This document shows, piece by piece, positions 39,201 to 48,940 of a stretch of DNA of 64,000 nucleotides. Position 1 is the stretch's first letter. Every line of letters begins with the position of its first letter. Source of the DNA: Candidatus Multivoradales bacterium (GTDB lineage Bacteria; Acidobacteriota; Thermoanaerobaculia; Multivoradales; JAHEKO01); the NCBI GenBank assembly GCA_965223855.1, contig CBDCXM010000009.1, forward strand, positions 2,432,001 through 2,496,000, read 5' to 3'. Position numbers and translations under genes: made by a program. The notes under the pieces were generated by a model. The model was given only the letters and a program-made list of their open reading frames with translations. It was not told the origin of the DNA and made no database searches.

Positions 39201-40025
39201 TCAGGGGACGGACTGTGCGTCGAGGTAGGCGGCCACGGAGTCGCGATGACTGCGGCTCACCGGGACGCGAGCGTCGCCCCGGACTTCGAGGGTCCAGCTT
39301 CCTCCGCTCCGATCGAGGCCGTCTATGGCGTTGCCGGCGACGAGGAAGCTTCGGTGAACCCGCACGAAGCCGGGTCCCAGACGCGCTTCGAGCGCTGCCA
39401 GCGACGACCGGACGGTGAAGCGGCGCCCTCCGGCGTGAACCAGCACGTAGTTGCGGGCCGCCTCGAGGTGGGTCACCCGGTCGAGCCGCAGGTAGCGGCT
39501 GCCCTGGGGTGTCTGAACTTCGAGGTTGCCCGGAGAGCTGGTAGCCGCCTCGGCCGTCCTGCGTCGAGCGAACGCCTGATAGGCGACGATCAGTGCGACG
39601 ATGACGAAGTAGATCTTGACGTCCTTCTTGTACTCGAACCACAGGTTGGGCAGGAACGGGCCGGGGGTGTAGGCGCGGCCGACGAAGCCGTAGACGACGG
39701 CTCGAAGCCCGAGCATCAGGGCGTAGTGACCGGCGGCGAACCCGACCGATCCCAGCAGGTGCGTTCCCGCAGTACGCAGTGGGCGCTCCGGTTCGACGGG
39801 GAAGCGACGCACCCAGGCGACGACGAAGGCGATCATCAGGAGAGCGGCCAGGGCGCTCGTCCCCTGCTCGGTGAAGAGGCGCAGGTCCGAGAGCCCCTGT
39901 CCGGTGCGCCCGCGGACGTCGAGCTTGGTCAGGGTGTCGAGGGTCCAGAAGAACGCCACGGCCGCCGTCCACGCGGCGACCTGCCACCAGGCGAAGCCGG
40001 ATCGGCTGTCGGGTCCTTTTGACAT
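39201..40025 (-). CDS. Membrane-anchored LytTR-domain transcriptional regulator
   Basis: 4 N-terminal TM segments; LEAARNYVLVH, LAALEARL..FVRVHRSFLV, VPVSR; no receiver domain. Confidence 0.88.
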   Translation of the reverse strand: MSKGPDSRSGFAWWQVAAWTAAVAFFWTLDTLTKLDVRGRTGQGLSDLRLFTEQGTSALAALLMIAFVVAWVRRFPVEPERPLRTAGTHLLGSVGFAAGHYALMLGLRAVVYGFVGRAYTPGPFLPNLWFEYKKDVKIYFVIVALIVAYQAFARRRTAEAATSSPGNLEVQTPQGSRYLRLDRVTHLEAARNYVLVHAGGRRFTVRSSLAALEARLGPGFVRVHRSFLVAGNAIDGLDRSGGSWTLEVRGDARVPVSRSHRDSVAAYLDAQSVP

Positions 40026-40106
40026 TCGTCCCGGATGGAGGTCGGTTGGTCCCAGATGTGAGGTAGGTGAGCCTCGGGAGCAGTATAAGCAGGTCGGAGG
40101 TGACAG

Positions 40107-40868
40107 ATGACACGAACGCACGTTCTCGACGCCCTGACCTTGAATCTGCTGCGGAGAGTCGCAGCTCTCGCAATCGTCGCGACCCTCGCGGCGTGCGGCG
40201 GCGGTTCGCCGACCGAGCCGCCCTCGACGCACCAGCCGACGTCCGGGATCGGCATCGCCTTCCGGGACGGCGGCCGCCATGCCGATCGGGTCCCCCTGAT
40301 CGAGACGCTCGTCGTCGAAGCCTTCGATCGTTCGAGAGGGCTGATCGCGATCGACGGTATCGGCGTGACGATCACGGCCGGACCGAACCTGATCCCCCGG
40401 GGATGGCGGGTCGGAGGCCGCGCTGACGGGCCACGAGCCGTCACTCTGGCCGTCGACCCATCGGCGACCGACGACGAGATCGCGCGTCAGCTCCCTTCGA
40501 TCGCCGCCCACGAGTTTCACCACGTGGCGAGAATTCGCGGAGTCGGCTACGGCTCGACGCTGCTCGAGGCGATGGTGTCGGAGGGGTTGGCCGACCACTT
40601 CGCCTCGGACGTCTACGCCGAGCCGCTACCGCCCTGGGCGATCGCGCTGTCGGACCCGGAGATCGCCGCATGGATCGCTCGTGCCCGCCCCGACTTCGAC
40701 TCTTCGAGCTACTCCCACTCCGCCTGGTTCTTTGGCTCGACGCCGGCAATCCCGATGTGGACCGGCTACACGCTTGGGTACCGGCTGGTGGACGACTACC
40801 GCGAGGCTCATCCGGGGAGCACGGGAGCGAGTCTCGTCAACGCGCCGGCCCGATGGTTCCGGCCGTGA
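40107..40868 (+). CDS. DUF2268-like Zn-dependent protease lipoprotein
   Basis: Lipobox LAAC; HEFHH..R, TLLEAMVSEGLADHF, WTGYTLGYRLV. Confidence 0.85.
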   Translation: MTRTHVLDALTLNLLRRVAALAIVATLAACGGGSPTEPPSTHQPTSGIGIAFRDGGRHADRVPLIETLVVEAFDRSRGLIAIDGIGVTITAGPNLIPRGWRVGGRADGPRAVTLAVDPSATDDEIARQLPSIAAHEFHHVARIRGVGYGSTLLEAMVSEGLADHFASDVYAEPLPPWAIALSDPEIAAWIARARPDFDSSSYSHSAWFFGSTPAIPMWTGYTLGYRLVDDYREAHPGSTGASLVNAPARWFRP

Positions 40869-41048
40869 GTCGGGCAGGCGGTGACGGGAGGCGGGGTCGC
40901 TGCACCAGTTAGCGGAGCCTGTCGTGTAGACAGCACGACCCGCCTCGGCGCGGCACGGTGGCGCGGGAGCGCCGAGGCTCCGCGGGCGCCGACACGAGGG
41001 CGAAGCCGACTATGATGGCGCCCCCATGCGCATCGCGAGACCGGATTC

Positions 41049-42128
41049 ATGACCCTGCTGCTGATCTACGTCGCCGTCGCCCTCGGCTTCTCCTTCATCT
41101 GCTCCGTGCTGGAGGCGGTGCTGCTTTCGATCACCCCCGCCTACGTCGGCACCCTCAACGAGAAGCGACCGGCGCTGGCGACGACGTTGCGCAAGCTCAA
41201 GGAGGATGTCGACCGTCCGCTGGCAGCGATCCTTTCTCTCAACACCATCGCTCACACTGTCGGGGCGGTGGGCGTAGGTGCCGAGGCGCAGAAGCTTTGG
41301 GGCTCCGAAGTGCTGACGATCGCCTCGGCGGTCCTCACGCTGCTGGTGCTGTTCCTGTCGGAGATCATCCCCAAGACACTGGGTGCGGTCTATTGGCGCC
41401 GGTTGGCCCCGCTGGCCGCCTGGCTGCTGCCGCCGCTGATCTGGGTTCTCTTCCCGCTGGTCTGGGTGTCGCAGCTCATGTCGGGGATGTTCTCGGCCGG
41501 AAAGAAGAAGGGGCGTACCGTGCTGCCGGAGGAGATTGCGGCCATGGCGCAGCTCGGTTTCAAGGCCGGCACGGTCGAGGAGCTGGAAGGCAATATCGTG
41601 CGCAACCTCTTCCGTCTCGGTGACGTTCGGGTTCGCGACATCATGACGCCCCGCACCGTGGTCTTCACCCTGGAGGCGACGCGGACGGTGGCGTCGGTGC
41701 TCGACGAGCATTCGAAGCTGCCGTTCTCCCGCATTCCGCTGTGGAGCGAGGATCCGCACAACGTCGTCGGCTACGTTCGTCGCGACGCCCTCCTCGATGC
41801 CGGTCGCAAGGAGGGGGAGCGCGAGATCGGCGAGTTGATGACGCCGATTCTCGTCGTGCCGGAGACGTTGACGGTGTGGCGACTGTTCGAGCGCCTCATC
41901 GACGAGCGGGAGCACATCACGGTCGTGATCGACGAGTTCGGCAGCGTCGCCGGTCTGGCGACGATGGAGGATGTGCTCGAGACGCTGCTCGGCCTGGAGA
42001 TCGTCGATGAGGTCGATCCGGTCCCGGACATGAGGGCGCTCGCGCGCCAGAGATGGGAGGAGAGGGCGCAGAGGCTCGGCATCCCGGTGGAGAGCGTCGC
42101 CGACGAGTCCGGCGAGTCCGATGGGTGA
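41049..42128 (+). CDS. CNNM/DUF21 + CBS pair protein (CorB/hemolysin-C-like)
   Basis: SFICSVLEAVLLS, ILSLNTIAHTVGA, SEIIPKT, IMTPR, FSRIP, DEFGSVAGLATMEDVLE. Confidence 0.93.
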   Translation: MTLLLIYVAVALGFSFICSVLEAVLLSITPAYVGTLNEKRPALATTLRKLKEDVDRPLAAILSLNTIAHTVGAVGVGAEAQKLWGSEVLTIASAVLTLLVLFLSEIIPKTLGAVYWRRLAPLAAWLLPPLIWVLFPLVWVSQLMSGMFSAGKKKGRTVLPEEIAAMAQLGFKAGTVEELEGNIVRNLFRLGDVRVRDIMTPRTVVFTLEATRTVASVLDEHSKLPFSRIPLWSEDPHNVVGYVRRDALLDAGRKEGEREIGELMTPILVVPETLTVWRLFERLIDEREHITVVIDEFGSVAGLATMEDVLETLLGLEIVDEVDPVPDMRALARQRWEERAQRLGIPVESVADESGESDG

Positions 42129-42666
42129 CGGGAGCCTCCGAAGGAACCGGCTGGTGGCCGCCGCCGTCGCCGCCCTGATGGCGTCGAGCGGGATCTCGGC
42201 CGGCGAGAAGACCGACCCGGAGCCCTTCTTCTTCGCCCTCTCGGTCGCCGACGTCGATGCCAGTGTCGACTGGTATGAGCGACTCTTCGCTTTCGAGACG
42301 AGCCGGCAGGTCGATCTGCCGGAGAGGGGGCTCAGGATCCGGCTCCTGGCGCGCCCCGGTGCTCTGCTGGAACTGATCGAGAGCAGCGCAGCGGCTCCGC
42401 TCGTTCGTCATGCTCCCGCGGTCGAGCGTCGGCATGAAGTCCATGGCGTCTTCAAGTTCGGCTTCCTCGTCGCCGATCTCGACGAGATGATGGACACCCT
42501 CGAGCGGGAGGGAGTGCCGCCCAGGGGAGAGGTGATCGTGGAACCCGACGGCACCCTGCGTTCGCTCCAGGTCGAGGATCCCGACGGCAACGTCGTTCAG
42601 GTGTTCGAGCACCTGAGCGACGCCGCGATGTCGCAGCCGGGGCGGGACGAGCCGCTCGAGGAGTGA
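42121..42666 (+). CDS. Exported VOC family protein
   Basis: Signal peptide; ALSVADVDASVDWYERLF, GFLVADLD, DPDGNVVQVFE. Confidence 0.85.
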   Translation: MGDGSLRRNRLVAAAVAALMASSGISAGEKTDPEPFFFALSVADVDASVDWYERLFAFETSRQVDLPERGLRIRLLARPGALLELIESSAAAPLVRHAPAVERRHEVHGVFKFGFLVADLDEMMDTLEREGVPPRGEVIVEPDGTLRSLQVEDPDGNVVQVFEHLSDAAMSQPGRDEPLEE

Positions 42667-42670
42667 GAGG

Positions 42671-43324
42671 ATGGCGGCGATGAGAGCCTCGCGGCTTCAC
42701 TGGACTCTGGTGCTGGTCGGCTTCTTCGCTTCGACGGCGAGTGTCGCGCAGATCGCGTCCGGATCGACACGGGCGTGGATCGCACAGGTGGACGGCGTCC
42801 TCTCCGGGGAGGCCATCGAGGCCGGGCGACTGGAGGTGGCTGCCCACAGGCTCGAGGGATACCTCATCGTCGAGGTGCGCTCTCCGGCCCCGCAGTCGGT
42901 GGCGCTGTGCCTCGGGCGTGGAGAGGTGGTCACCGCGCTGGTCGCCGATGCGGGGCTCCACAGTCGGCGCTACCGTGGCGGTGGCACACAATGGCATCTT
43001 CAGCAGGCGATCTCCCCGCTGCCGCGAGGCGAAGTCGAGCCGTCACGCGGGATGCAGGTCGGGGCCCTCGCCGATCTCTTCGAGGTGCACGGCTGGGTGG
43101 CGAGCCCTGCCGGCATGGGGGTGCCGGGGCACACGGAGTTCGTCGTCGGGCCCGAGCTGGCGGGCGCCGATCGCTTCGCGGTCGCCGTCCTTGCCGAGGG
43201 CGAGCCCCTCGATGCCCTCACGTGGCCGGACGGTGGCCCGGCCGGCTGTAGCGACCGGCGGCTACCGGAGGGCGCGGTGCTGACTCTCGACTTCGGTGGC
43301 GGTGATTGGCTGCCGCTTCACTGA
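42671..43324 (+). CDS. Secreted hypothetical protein
   Basis: Co-directional, 4 nt after the upstream stop; signal peptide; no motif recognised. Confidence 0.6.
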   Translation: MAAMRASRLHWTLVLVGFFASTASVAQIASGSTRAWIAQVDGVLSGEAIEAGRLEVAAHRLEGYLIVEVRSPAPQSVALCLGRGEVVTALVADAGLHSRRYRGGGTQWHLQQAISPLPRGEVEPSRGMQVGALADLFEVHGWVASPAGMGVPGHTEFVVGPELAGADRFAVAVLAEGEPLDALTWPDGGPAGCSDRRLPEGAVLTLDFGGGDWLPLH

Positions 43325-43387
43325 GCGACTCGGCGCGCTGAAGAGCCGCTCCACTGAGGGCGTCGCTCACCGCTGAAAAAGCCGTCT

Positions 43388-44461
43388 TCAGTCGTCGTCG
43401 GCGTCGACCAGCCCCTTCATCTCGGTCGTCACCGTCACGACCTCCTCGAGGACCAGACCGACCGTCTCGCCACGCGGGATGACGGCGGCCTTGCCGTCTG
43501 CCTTCGAGGCGACGACTGCCGTTCCCGCGGCGGCGCCGACGGCCGCTCCCGCCAGCACTTCGCCGCCGCCCTTGCCGCCGAGGACCCGTCCAAGGACCGC
43601 GCCGGCGATCGCTCCGACGACGATCTTCTTCCTCTCACCCTTGGCGCTCCGGCCCTGCTCGGACATCGAGGCCTCGAGGACGAGGGTCTCTCCCGAGGGC
43701 AGAATCAGTTCGTTGAAGGCGATCGCGATCGACGCCTGGCCCCCGACTCTCTTGAGCGGCGTGACTTCTATCACCTCGCCCCGGATAGGGGCACCGGCGC
43801 GAACCGCCAGCTCACCGCCCTCGCCGTAGAGGTCGCGGGCGAGACGAGCGTCGAAGCGATCGCCGACCCGGTGGGTCTCGCTGCTGAGGGTCTCGTCGAT
43901 CTCGATATGGAGCACCGTGCCCGGGCTGAGCGTCGCCTGCCTGGGCGGTGACGCGGAAGCTTCCGTGCCGTCCTCCGGGGCAGGGGACGGCGAGGCCGAT
44001 GGGTCGATTTCGGCACTCTGCTCGGCGACCTCGGCTTCGATTCGCGCTTCCCGCTCGGCCAGTTCCCGCTCCCAGAGCCCAAGCTCACGGGCGCGCTCCT
44101 CGTCCGCCTCGCGCTCGGCGGCGAGCCGGTCGAGCTCCGCCTGCCGGCGCTCGCGGGCTTCGGCCTGTCGCTGCTGTTCGGCCAGTGCCGCCTGCTCGGC
44201 TTCCAGCCGCGCCTGCTCTTCCTCCTGACGCATCTGTTCTTCGCGCTCCACCGCGAGACGGGCAGCTTCGTTCTCTGAGGCGATCTGTTCGAGCTCCTCT
44301 CGCTGAGCCGCCAACTGGCGCTCGAGCTCTTCGACTTGGCTTTGCAGGGTGTCGGCCTGCCGCTCTTCTCGGCCGGCATCCTGAAGGCAGCCGGACAGCG
44401 TGAGCAGCAGGAGCGCTATCAGCGCCGTCGGGCGGTGGGTGAAGGGGAGGGGTCTGATCAT
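43388..44461 (-). CDS. Lipoprotein with long coiled coil and C-terminal TrbI/VirB10-like beta domain with glycine zipper
   Basis: Lipobox LSGC; E/Q/R/A-rich coil; TLSPGTVLHIEIDETLSSE..VGDRF.A.L..D; GAIAGAVLG..GAAVGAAAG; IPRGE. Confidence 0.75.
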   Translation of the reverse strand: MIRPLPFTHRPTALIALLLLTLSGCLQDAGREERQADTLQSQVEELERQLAAQREELEQIASENEAARLAVEREEQMRQEEEQARLEAEQAALAEQQRQAEARERRQAELDRLAAEREADEERARELGLWERELAEREARIEAEVAEQSAEIDPSASPSPAPEDGTEASASPPRQATLSPGTVLHIEIDETLSSETHRVGDRFDARLARDLYGEGGELAVRAGAPIRGEVIEVTPLKRVGGQASIAIAFNELILPSGETLVLEASMSEQGRSAKGERKKIVVGAIAGAVLGRVLGGKGGGEVLAGAAVGAAAGTAVVASKADGKAAVIPRGETVGLVLEEVVTVTTEMKGLVDADDD

Positions 44462-44494
44462 CTCGGGTTCCTTTCCAGTCGAGCACTCGAGGAG

Positions 44495-44510
44495 TGCAAA
44501 GCCGGTCCCA
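44495..44510 (-). promoter_or_regulatory. Putative sigma54 (-24/-12) promoter
   Basis: Minus strand TGGGAC-CGGCT-TTGCA (GG-N10-GC), 34 nt upstream of ATG 44461. Confidence 0.55.
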
Positions 44511-44591
44511 GGTCACTCTATTCCCTGCGGGCTTCCGGCGAGAGCGCGGCCCCGGTTCCGGCGAGTGCGACGGTGTCCGACTCGGGATACG

Positions 44592-44813
44592 ATGCCTGAG
44601 GTCATGGATCTCGATTCGATTCTCGAAGGCGCCAACTGGCGCGTCATCATCGTGCTGGCGGTGTTGTGGGTTCTGCCACGAATCGTCCGTGCTTTGCGGA
44701 GCCGGCCGGGATCGGTGGAATCGATCGAGGATCGCCATCCCCGCCACAGCGAACTCGACTCCGCCGAGGCGCGCGAGGGAGGCACGGGACCGCCACCAAT
44801 CGTGCCCAGGTAA
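44592..44813 (+). CDS. Small single-TM hypothetical protein
   Basis: WRVIIVLAVLWVLPRIVR hydrophobic segment; fills an otherwise long intergenic gap. Confidence 0.4.
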   Translation: MPEVMDLDSILEGANWRVIIVLAVLWVLPRIVRALRSRPGSVESIEDRHPRHSELDSAEAREGGTGPPPIVPR

Positions 44814-44865
44814 GGCGCTCGGTTCTGCCACTCGGCAGCGACGAGCCGGAAGGGAGGAAGACAGC

Positions 44866-46317
44866 GTGATCTCCAACCGCGGAAAGCTCTGTGTCGTCGC
44901 CCTCATGTTCCATGGTGCCGCATCGCTGGGAGCGGCGCCGACTCCGCTCTCCGGCGATCTCGCCGCCGCGATCCGCAACGTACCGCCCGGCGGGAGTCTC
45001 GAGGTCACTGGAGTCGATCTCGAGGGACTCGGCGCGACCGCACTTCACCTGACCCGCTTCGAGGTCTTCGACGCGAAGGCGCGGCTGCTGGTGCGAGGAG
45101 TCGAGGAGGTGCGGGAGCTGCCGGTTCCCGGCAACCGTTACCTGCGTGGATGGGTCGACGGCGATCGCGCTTCGCTTGCCTATCTCTCGCTCAGCGAGGA
45201 CGGGGAGATCCGGGGGCTGGTCAGGGCGGGTGGCCGCTTCCACCTGATCGGGAACCGCGAGCGCGGAGTGGCTCTCGAAGCAGTCGAGGTGCGAGCCGTC
45301 GACGCCGCCTCCCTGGGGCGCGAGGCGAGCGAGTTCTCGTGCGCGACCGACTCGCTCACCGTGGAGCCGGGAGCGCTGTTGCGAGGTTTCGGCGCTGCCG
45401 CTCCCTCCGCACCCGCTCGAGCGACCGCGGGCGGCAGCTACACGGTCCGCCTGGGGATCGAGACGGACAACGAGTATCTGGCGCTCTTCGGTGGCAACAC
45501 CTTCGACGCGATCGACTACGCGGCCGACGTGATCGCCTTCGCGTCGACCCTCTACGACGCGGAGACCGCGACCGACTTTCGCATCATCGAGGTCTCGCTG
45601 TGGGAGGCACCGGACCCGTGGTTGGAGTCTGCCACCTTCTGCGGCCTCCTGGAGTTCGGGCGCTACTGGAACGACAACTACGGCGGCACGGTGGGGGGAG
45701 AGGTCTACTCGGCCGGCCACTTTTTCAGTGGCAAGAACAACGGCGGCGGCGTCGCCTGGGTCGGGGTGCTCTGTTCGGGAGCGTTCAACTACAACCACGA
45801 GGGCAACTGCTCGCTCTCGCCTGCGACCGACAACTATGGAGGACCCTACGGCTACAGCGGCGACCTCGACGGTAACTTCGACCTCGGCAACCCGCAGGTT
45901 GTGTGGGACGTCTACGTCGTCGCTCACGAGCTCGGCCACAACTTCGATTCGCCGCATACGCACTGCTACGCCGGCCTCCAGGGCAACCCGAACCCGATCG
46001 ACATGTGCTTCTCCGGCGAGGACGGCTGCTACGTCGGAGCGACCTCGCTGCCTTCCGGGTGCCCCGGATCAGGCTCCGCCTGCGGCACGGTGATGAGCTA
46101 CTGCAATCAGATGGCCGGAGGGATCGGCAACATCGGGTTCAGCCTGGGCACGGGCCATCCCTACGGCGTGGCGCCGGGCCGGGTGCCGACCCAGATGGGC
46201 GATCACCTGGCGGTCGTCTCTTCGGCGAACCCCGCCTGCCTGGCGCGGGCTGCCGAGATCTTCAGCGACGGCTTCGAGAGCGGCGACACGCTCAGCTGGT
46301 CGGTGACCATCCCGTGA
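44866..46317 (+). CDS. Secreted M12/reprolysin-like metallopeptidase with C-terminal IFSDGFESGDTLSW tag
   Basis: GGAGG + GTG; signal peptide; IETDNEY, GGVAWVGVLC, HELGHNFDSPHTH, GTVMSYC. Confidence 0.9.
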   Translation: MISNRGKLCVVALMFHGAASLGAAPTPLSGDLAAAIRNVPPGGSLEVTGVDLEGLGATALHLTRFEVFDAKARLLVRGVEEVRELPVPGNRYLRGWVDGDRASLAYLSLSEDGEIRGLVRAGGRFHLIGNRERGVALEAVEVRAVDAASLGREASEFSCATDSLTVEPGALLRGFGAAAPSAPARATAGGSYTVRLGIETDNEYLALFGGNTFDAIDYAADVIAFASTLYDAETATDFRIIEVSLWEAPDPWLESATFCGLLEFGRYWNDNYGGTVGGEVYSAGHFFSGKNNGGGVAWVGVLCSGAFNYNHEGNCSLSPATDNYGGPYGYSGDLDGNFDLGNPQVVWDVYVVAHELGHNFDSPHTHCYAGLQGNPNPIDMCFSGEDGCYVGATSLPSGCPGSGSACGTVMSYCNQMAGGIGNIGFSLGTGHPYGVAPGRVPTQMGDHLAVVSSANPACLARAAEIFSDGFESGDTLSWSVTIP

Positions 46318-46344
46318 ACCCCCCTCGCGCGTGAGAACTTCAGG

Positions 46345-47364
46345 CTAGAGTTCGGCTCGCTCGTGAGCGAGGCGCAGGGCGGCGGCATCCGTCGTGATGC
46401 CCTCGGCGTCCGCCAGCTCGAGGACCGCCAGCGTGGTGTCGTAGATCCCCTCGAGACGCGCGGCCATCTCGTTCTCGTCGATGCGGCCGAGTTCGCGGGC
46501 GCCGCTGATGATGCCGCCGGCGCTGACGACGTAGTCGGGTGCCCAGGCGATGCCTCGTTCTCTGAGGCGGTCGGCGTCGGCGGCGCTCGCGAGCTGATTG
46601 TTGGCGGCGCCGCAGACGCCGCGAGCGCGCAGCCGCCCGATGCTGGCAGCGTTGAGGACCGCTCCGAGGGCGCAGGGAGAGACGAGGTCGACCTCCGCCT
46701 CCAGCACACCGTCGCTGTCGACAGGGGTCGCTCCGGTTTCCTCGCATACACGGCGAAGCCGCTCCCGATCGACGTCGGCGACCTGCACCCTGGCTCCCGC
46801 GTCGGCCAGGTGGCCGCACAGCTTGGCCCCGACCCCACCTGCTCCCTGGACGGCGATCGTCACCCCGTCGAGGCTCGGACGACCCAGCACGCGCTCCGCC
46901 ATCGCCCGCAAGCCATGGAAGAGCCCGATCGCCGTCGCGACCGAGGTGTCGGCCCCCGGAAGGCCGGCGACATAGCGGGTGGCCTCCCGGATCACGGCCA
47001 TGTCGTCGGCGTTGGTGCCGACGTCGGGAGCGCACAGGTAGCGACCGCCGAGCCGGTCGACCGCCGTGCCGAAGGCTCGAAGCAGCTCGGCGCTCTTGTC
47101 GCGCGCGGGATCGCCGAGAATGACGCTCTTGCCGCCGCCCCAACCGAGCCCGGTCAGCGCCCACTTGTGCGTCATCGCGCGGCTGAGACGGAGGACGTCG
47201 GTGAGGGCCGCTTCGCCGCTCTCGTAGGGCCGGAACCGAATCCCACCGAGTGCGGCGCCACCGCGGACCCTGTGAAGGGCGATGATCGCCCGAAGGCCGA
47301 CCTCGGACTCGTGAAGGTGGAGGATCTCCTCGTGACCGTCCCATTCGAGATGCTCGAAGACCAT
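46345..47364 (-). CDS. Glu/Leu/Phe/Val dehydrogenase (leucine-dehydrogenase-like)
   Basis: ALGGIR, LSRAMTHK, GGGKSVI, DVGT, QGAGGVG, PCALG, GAANNQL, APDYVVSAGG. Confidence 0.93.
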   Translation of the reverse strand: MVFEHLEWDGHEEILHLHESEVGLRAIIALHRVRGGAALGGIRFRPYESGEAALTDVLRLSRAMTHKWALTGLGWGGGKSVILGDPARDKSAELLRAFGTAVDRLGGRYLCAPDVGTNADDMAVIREATRYVAGLPGADTSVATAIGLFHGLRAMAERVLGRPSLDGVTIAVQGAGGVGAKLCGHLADAGARVQVADVDRERLRRVCEETGATPVDSDGVLEAEVDLVSPCALGAVLNAASIGRLRARGVCGAANNQLASAADADRLRERGIAWAPDYVVSAGGIISGARELGRIDENEMAARLEGIYDTTLAVLELADAEGITTDAAALRLAHERAEL

Positions 47365-47447
47365 GGCTCGATCCTATCCTCGGCTCGAGGCTCTCCAGAC
47401 GGATGGAGAGAGGAATACGAGGCCCGGGGCGATGTTGGAGACCGGTG

Positions 47448-48824
47448 ATGGTCGCCTTTGCAACCGTGCTCTTCTCTCTGGTGGTCGGTGTCGTGCCGGT
47501 CGAGCTGCTGGTCGGAGCCGGCGTCGAGGCCGTGGAGGTGCGGCTCGACGGCCGCCCGATCGCCCGGCTCGACGGCGAACCATGGTCTCTTGAATGCGAC
47601 TTCGGGGACGAACTGCTGCCACACCGCCTGGAGGCAATCGCCCTCGACGCCTCGGGCGTAGAGGTAGCGCGTGCCGTTCAGTGGGTGAACGTCGCCGGTC
47701 CCCGTGCGGCTCTGGAGCTGTCGACCGGTGGCACTCCCGAGAAGGGCGGCGAGGCTCGACTGTCCTGGGACAGCGTGCTCGGAGAGGACCCGGAGCGGCT
47801 GAGCGTGACCTTCGACGGCGAGCCGATCCAGGTCGACGGCAACGTCGTGCGTTGGCCCCCCTACGATCCCGACCGGGTGCACGTCGTACGGGCGGAGGCG
47901 ACCTTTCCCGGCGGTCTCGAGGCGTCCGCTCACGCGACGCTCGGCGCCTGGGGCACCACAACGGCCAGTCATATGACGGCGGTGCCGGTCGAGTGGACAG
48001 GCTCAGGGGAGCCGGATCCGGCCGTCATGAACGGATGGTTCGAGGCCGCCGGGGCCACGCTGGAGGTCGTAGCGGTCGAGAAGCCGCTCGCCGAGATCGT
48101 GATCGTGCGGGATCGCCAGACGCAATGGCAGATGGATCACCTCGCTCGAACCGAAGCGGCGCCGCAACCGCCGATCGTGACGCAGCCACCCGGTGCCAGC
48201 GCCTCGCAGGGCTTCGGGCGGGATAGCGGTTTCGGTCCTCCTGCGGTGGCGACGTCGGTGCGAAGCCGTCTGCGGTTCGAGGCCGATCAGCGCGTGCGCC
48301 TGCTGGGCACGACACCTCACCTGGCGGGAGAGGGAGGGCTGGAGAGGCGCGTCTTCCCGCGGTCGGATCCCTACGGGCGCAACGACGGAGGCCTGCTCTG
48401 GCTGTTGGCGACTCGCGAGCCCGCGAAGGAGCGCGCCGGGCCTCAGCCGCTGACGGATGCCGTCGCCGTGGCGGGTCAGTCGGCAGCGGAGGGACACCGG
48501 CGGCGGGTGGTCGTCCTCTTCACCTCGGGTCGCGACGAGGACGTGAGTGAGCTCGATCCCGCACAGGTGCGGCGCTATCTGGCCGCGCTCGGAGTGCCGC
48601 TCGAGGTCTGGACCGCCTCGCGGCCCGAGAGCGGGAGCTCCGGGCGGTCGGCCGGGTCGTGGGGAGACGCCACCCTGATTCGGGACGCGGAGTCGCTTCG
48701 GCGCGCACAAAGACGTCTCAACCGGCGCCTCGAACGTCAGCGGATCGTCTGGGTGCGGGGGGCCTTCCTGCCGCAGGACGTCTCCCTGACCGCTGCGGTG
48801 AGATCGCTGGCGCTGTTGCGCTGA
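47448..48824 (+). CDS. Hypothetical protein with Ig-like N-terminal domains and degenerate VWA-like C-terminus
   Basis: Ig-like VRLDG..HRLEAIALDASG; C-terminal LTDAVAVAG..RRRVVVLFTSGRDEDVS..YLAALGVPLEVW. Confidence 0.6.
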   Translation: MVAFATVLFSLVVGVVPVELLVGAGVEAVEVRLDGRPIARLDGEPWSLECDFGDELLPHRLEAIALDASGVEVARAVQWVNVAGPRAALELSTGGTPEKGGEARLSWDSVLGEDPERLSVTFDGEPIQVDGNVVRWPPYDPDRVHVVRAEATFPGGLEASAHATLGAWGTTTASHMTAVPVEWTGSGEPDPAVMNGWFEAAGATLEVVAVEKPLAEIVIVRDRQTQWQMDHLARTEAAPQPPIVTQPPGASASQGFGRDSGFGPPAVATSVRSRLRFEADQRVRLLGTTPHLAGEGGLERRVFPRSDPYGRNDGGLLWLLATREPAKERAGPQPLTDAVAVAGQSAAEGHRRRVVVLFTSGRDEDVSELDPAQVRRYLAALGVPLEVWTASRPESGSSGRSAGSWGDATLIRDAESLRRAQRRLNRRLERQRIVWVRGAFLPQDVSLTAAVRSLALLR

Positions 48825-48940
48825 CCCAGCCAGCGCCGCATGCGCCCAGGGGGTGCAGCCACGCCGGCCGTCGGGAGTGGGCCGCTCCGGGCGATGTCGA
48901 GCGTGAGAGGGAAGGGCTAGAGTAGGAGGGACTCCGACCC

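Noticed and set aside
40019-40024. TTGACA on the plus strand as -35 for the 40107 gene
   Set aside because: No -10 element at 16-18 nt spacing; it overlaps the LytTR start codon, and the TATAAG at 40084 is too far away.
43388-44461. Type IV secretion or conjugation locus
   Set aside because: Only a single VirB10-like domain; no VirB4, VirD4, relaxase or pilin genes in the window.
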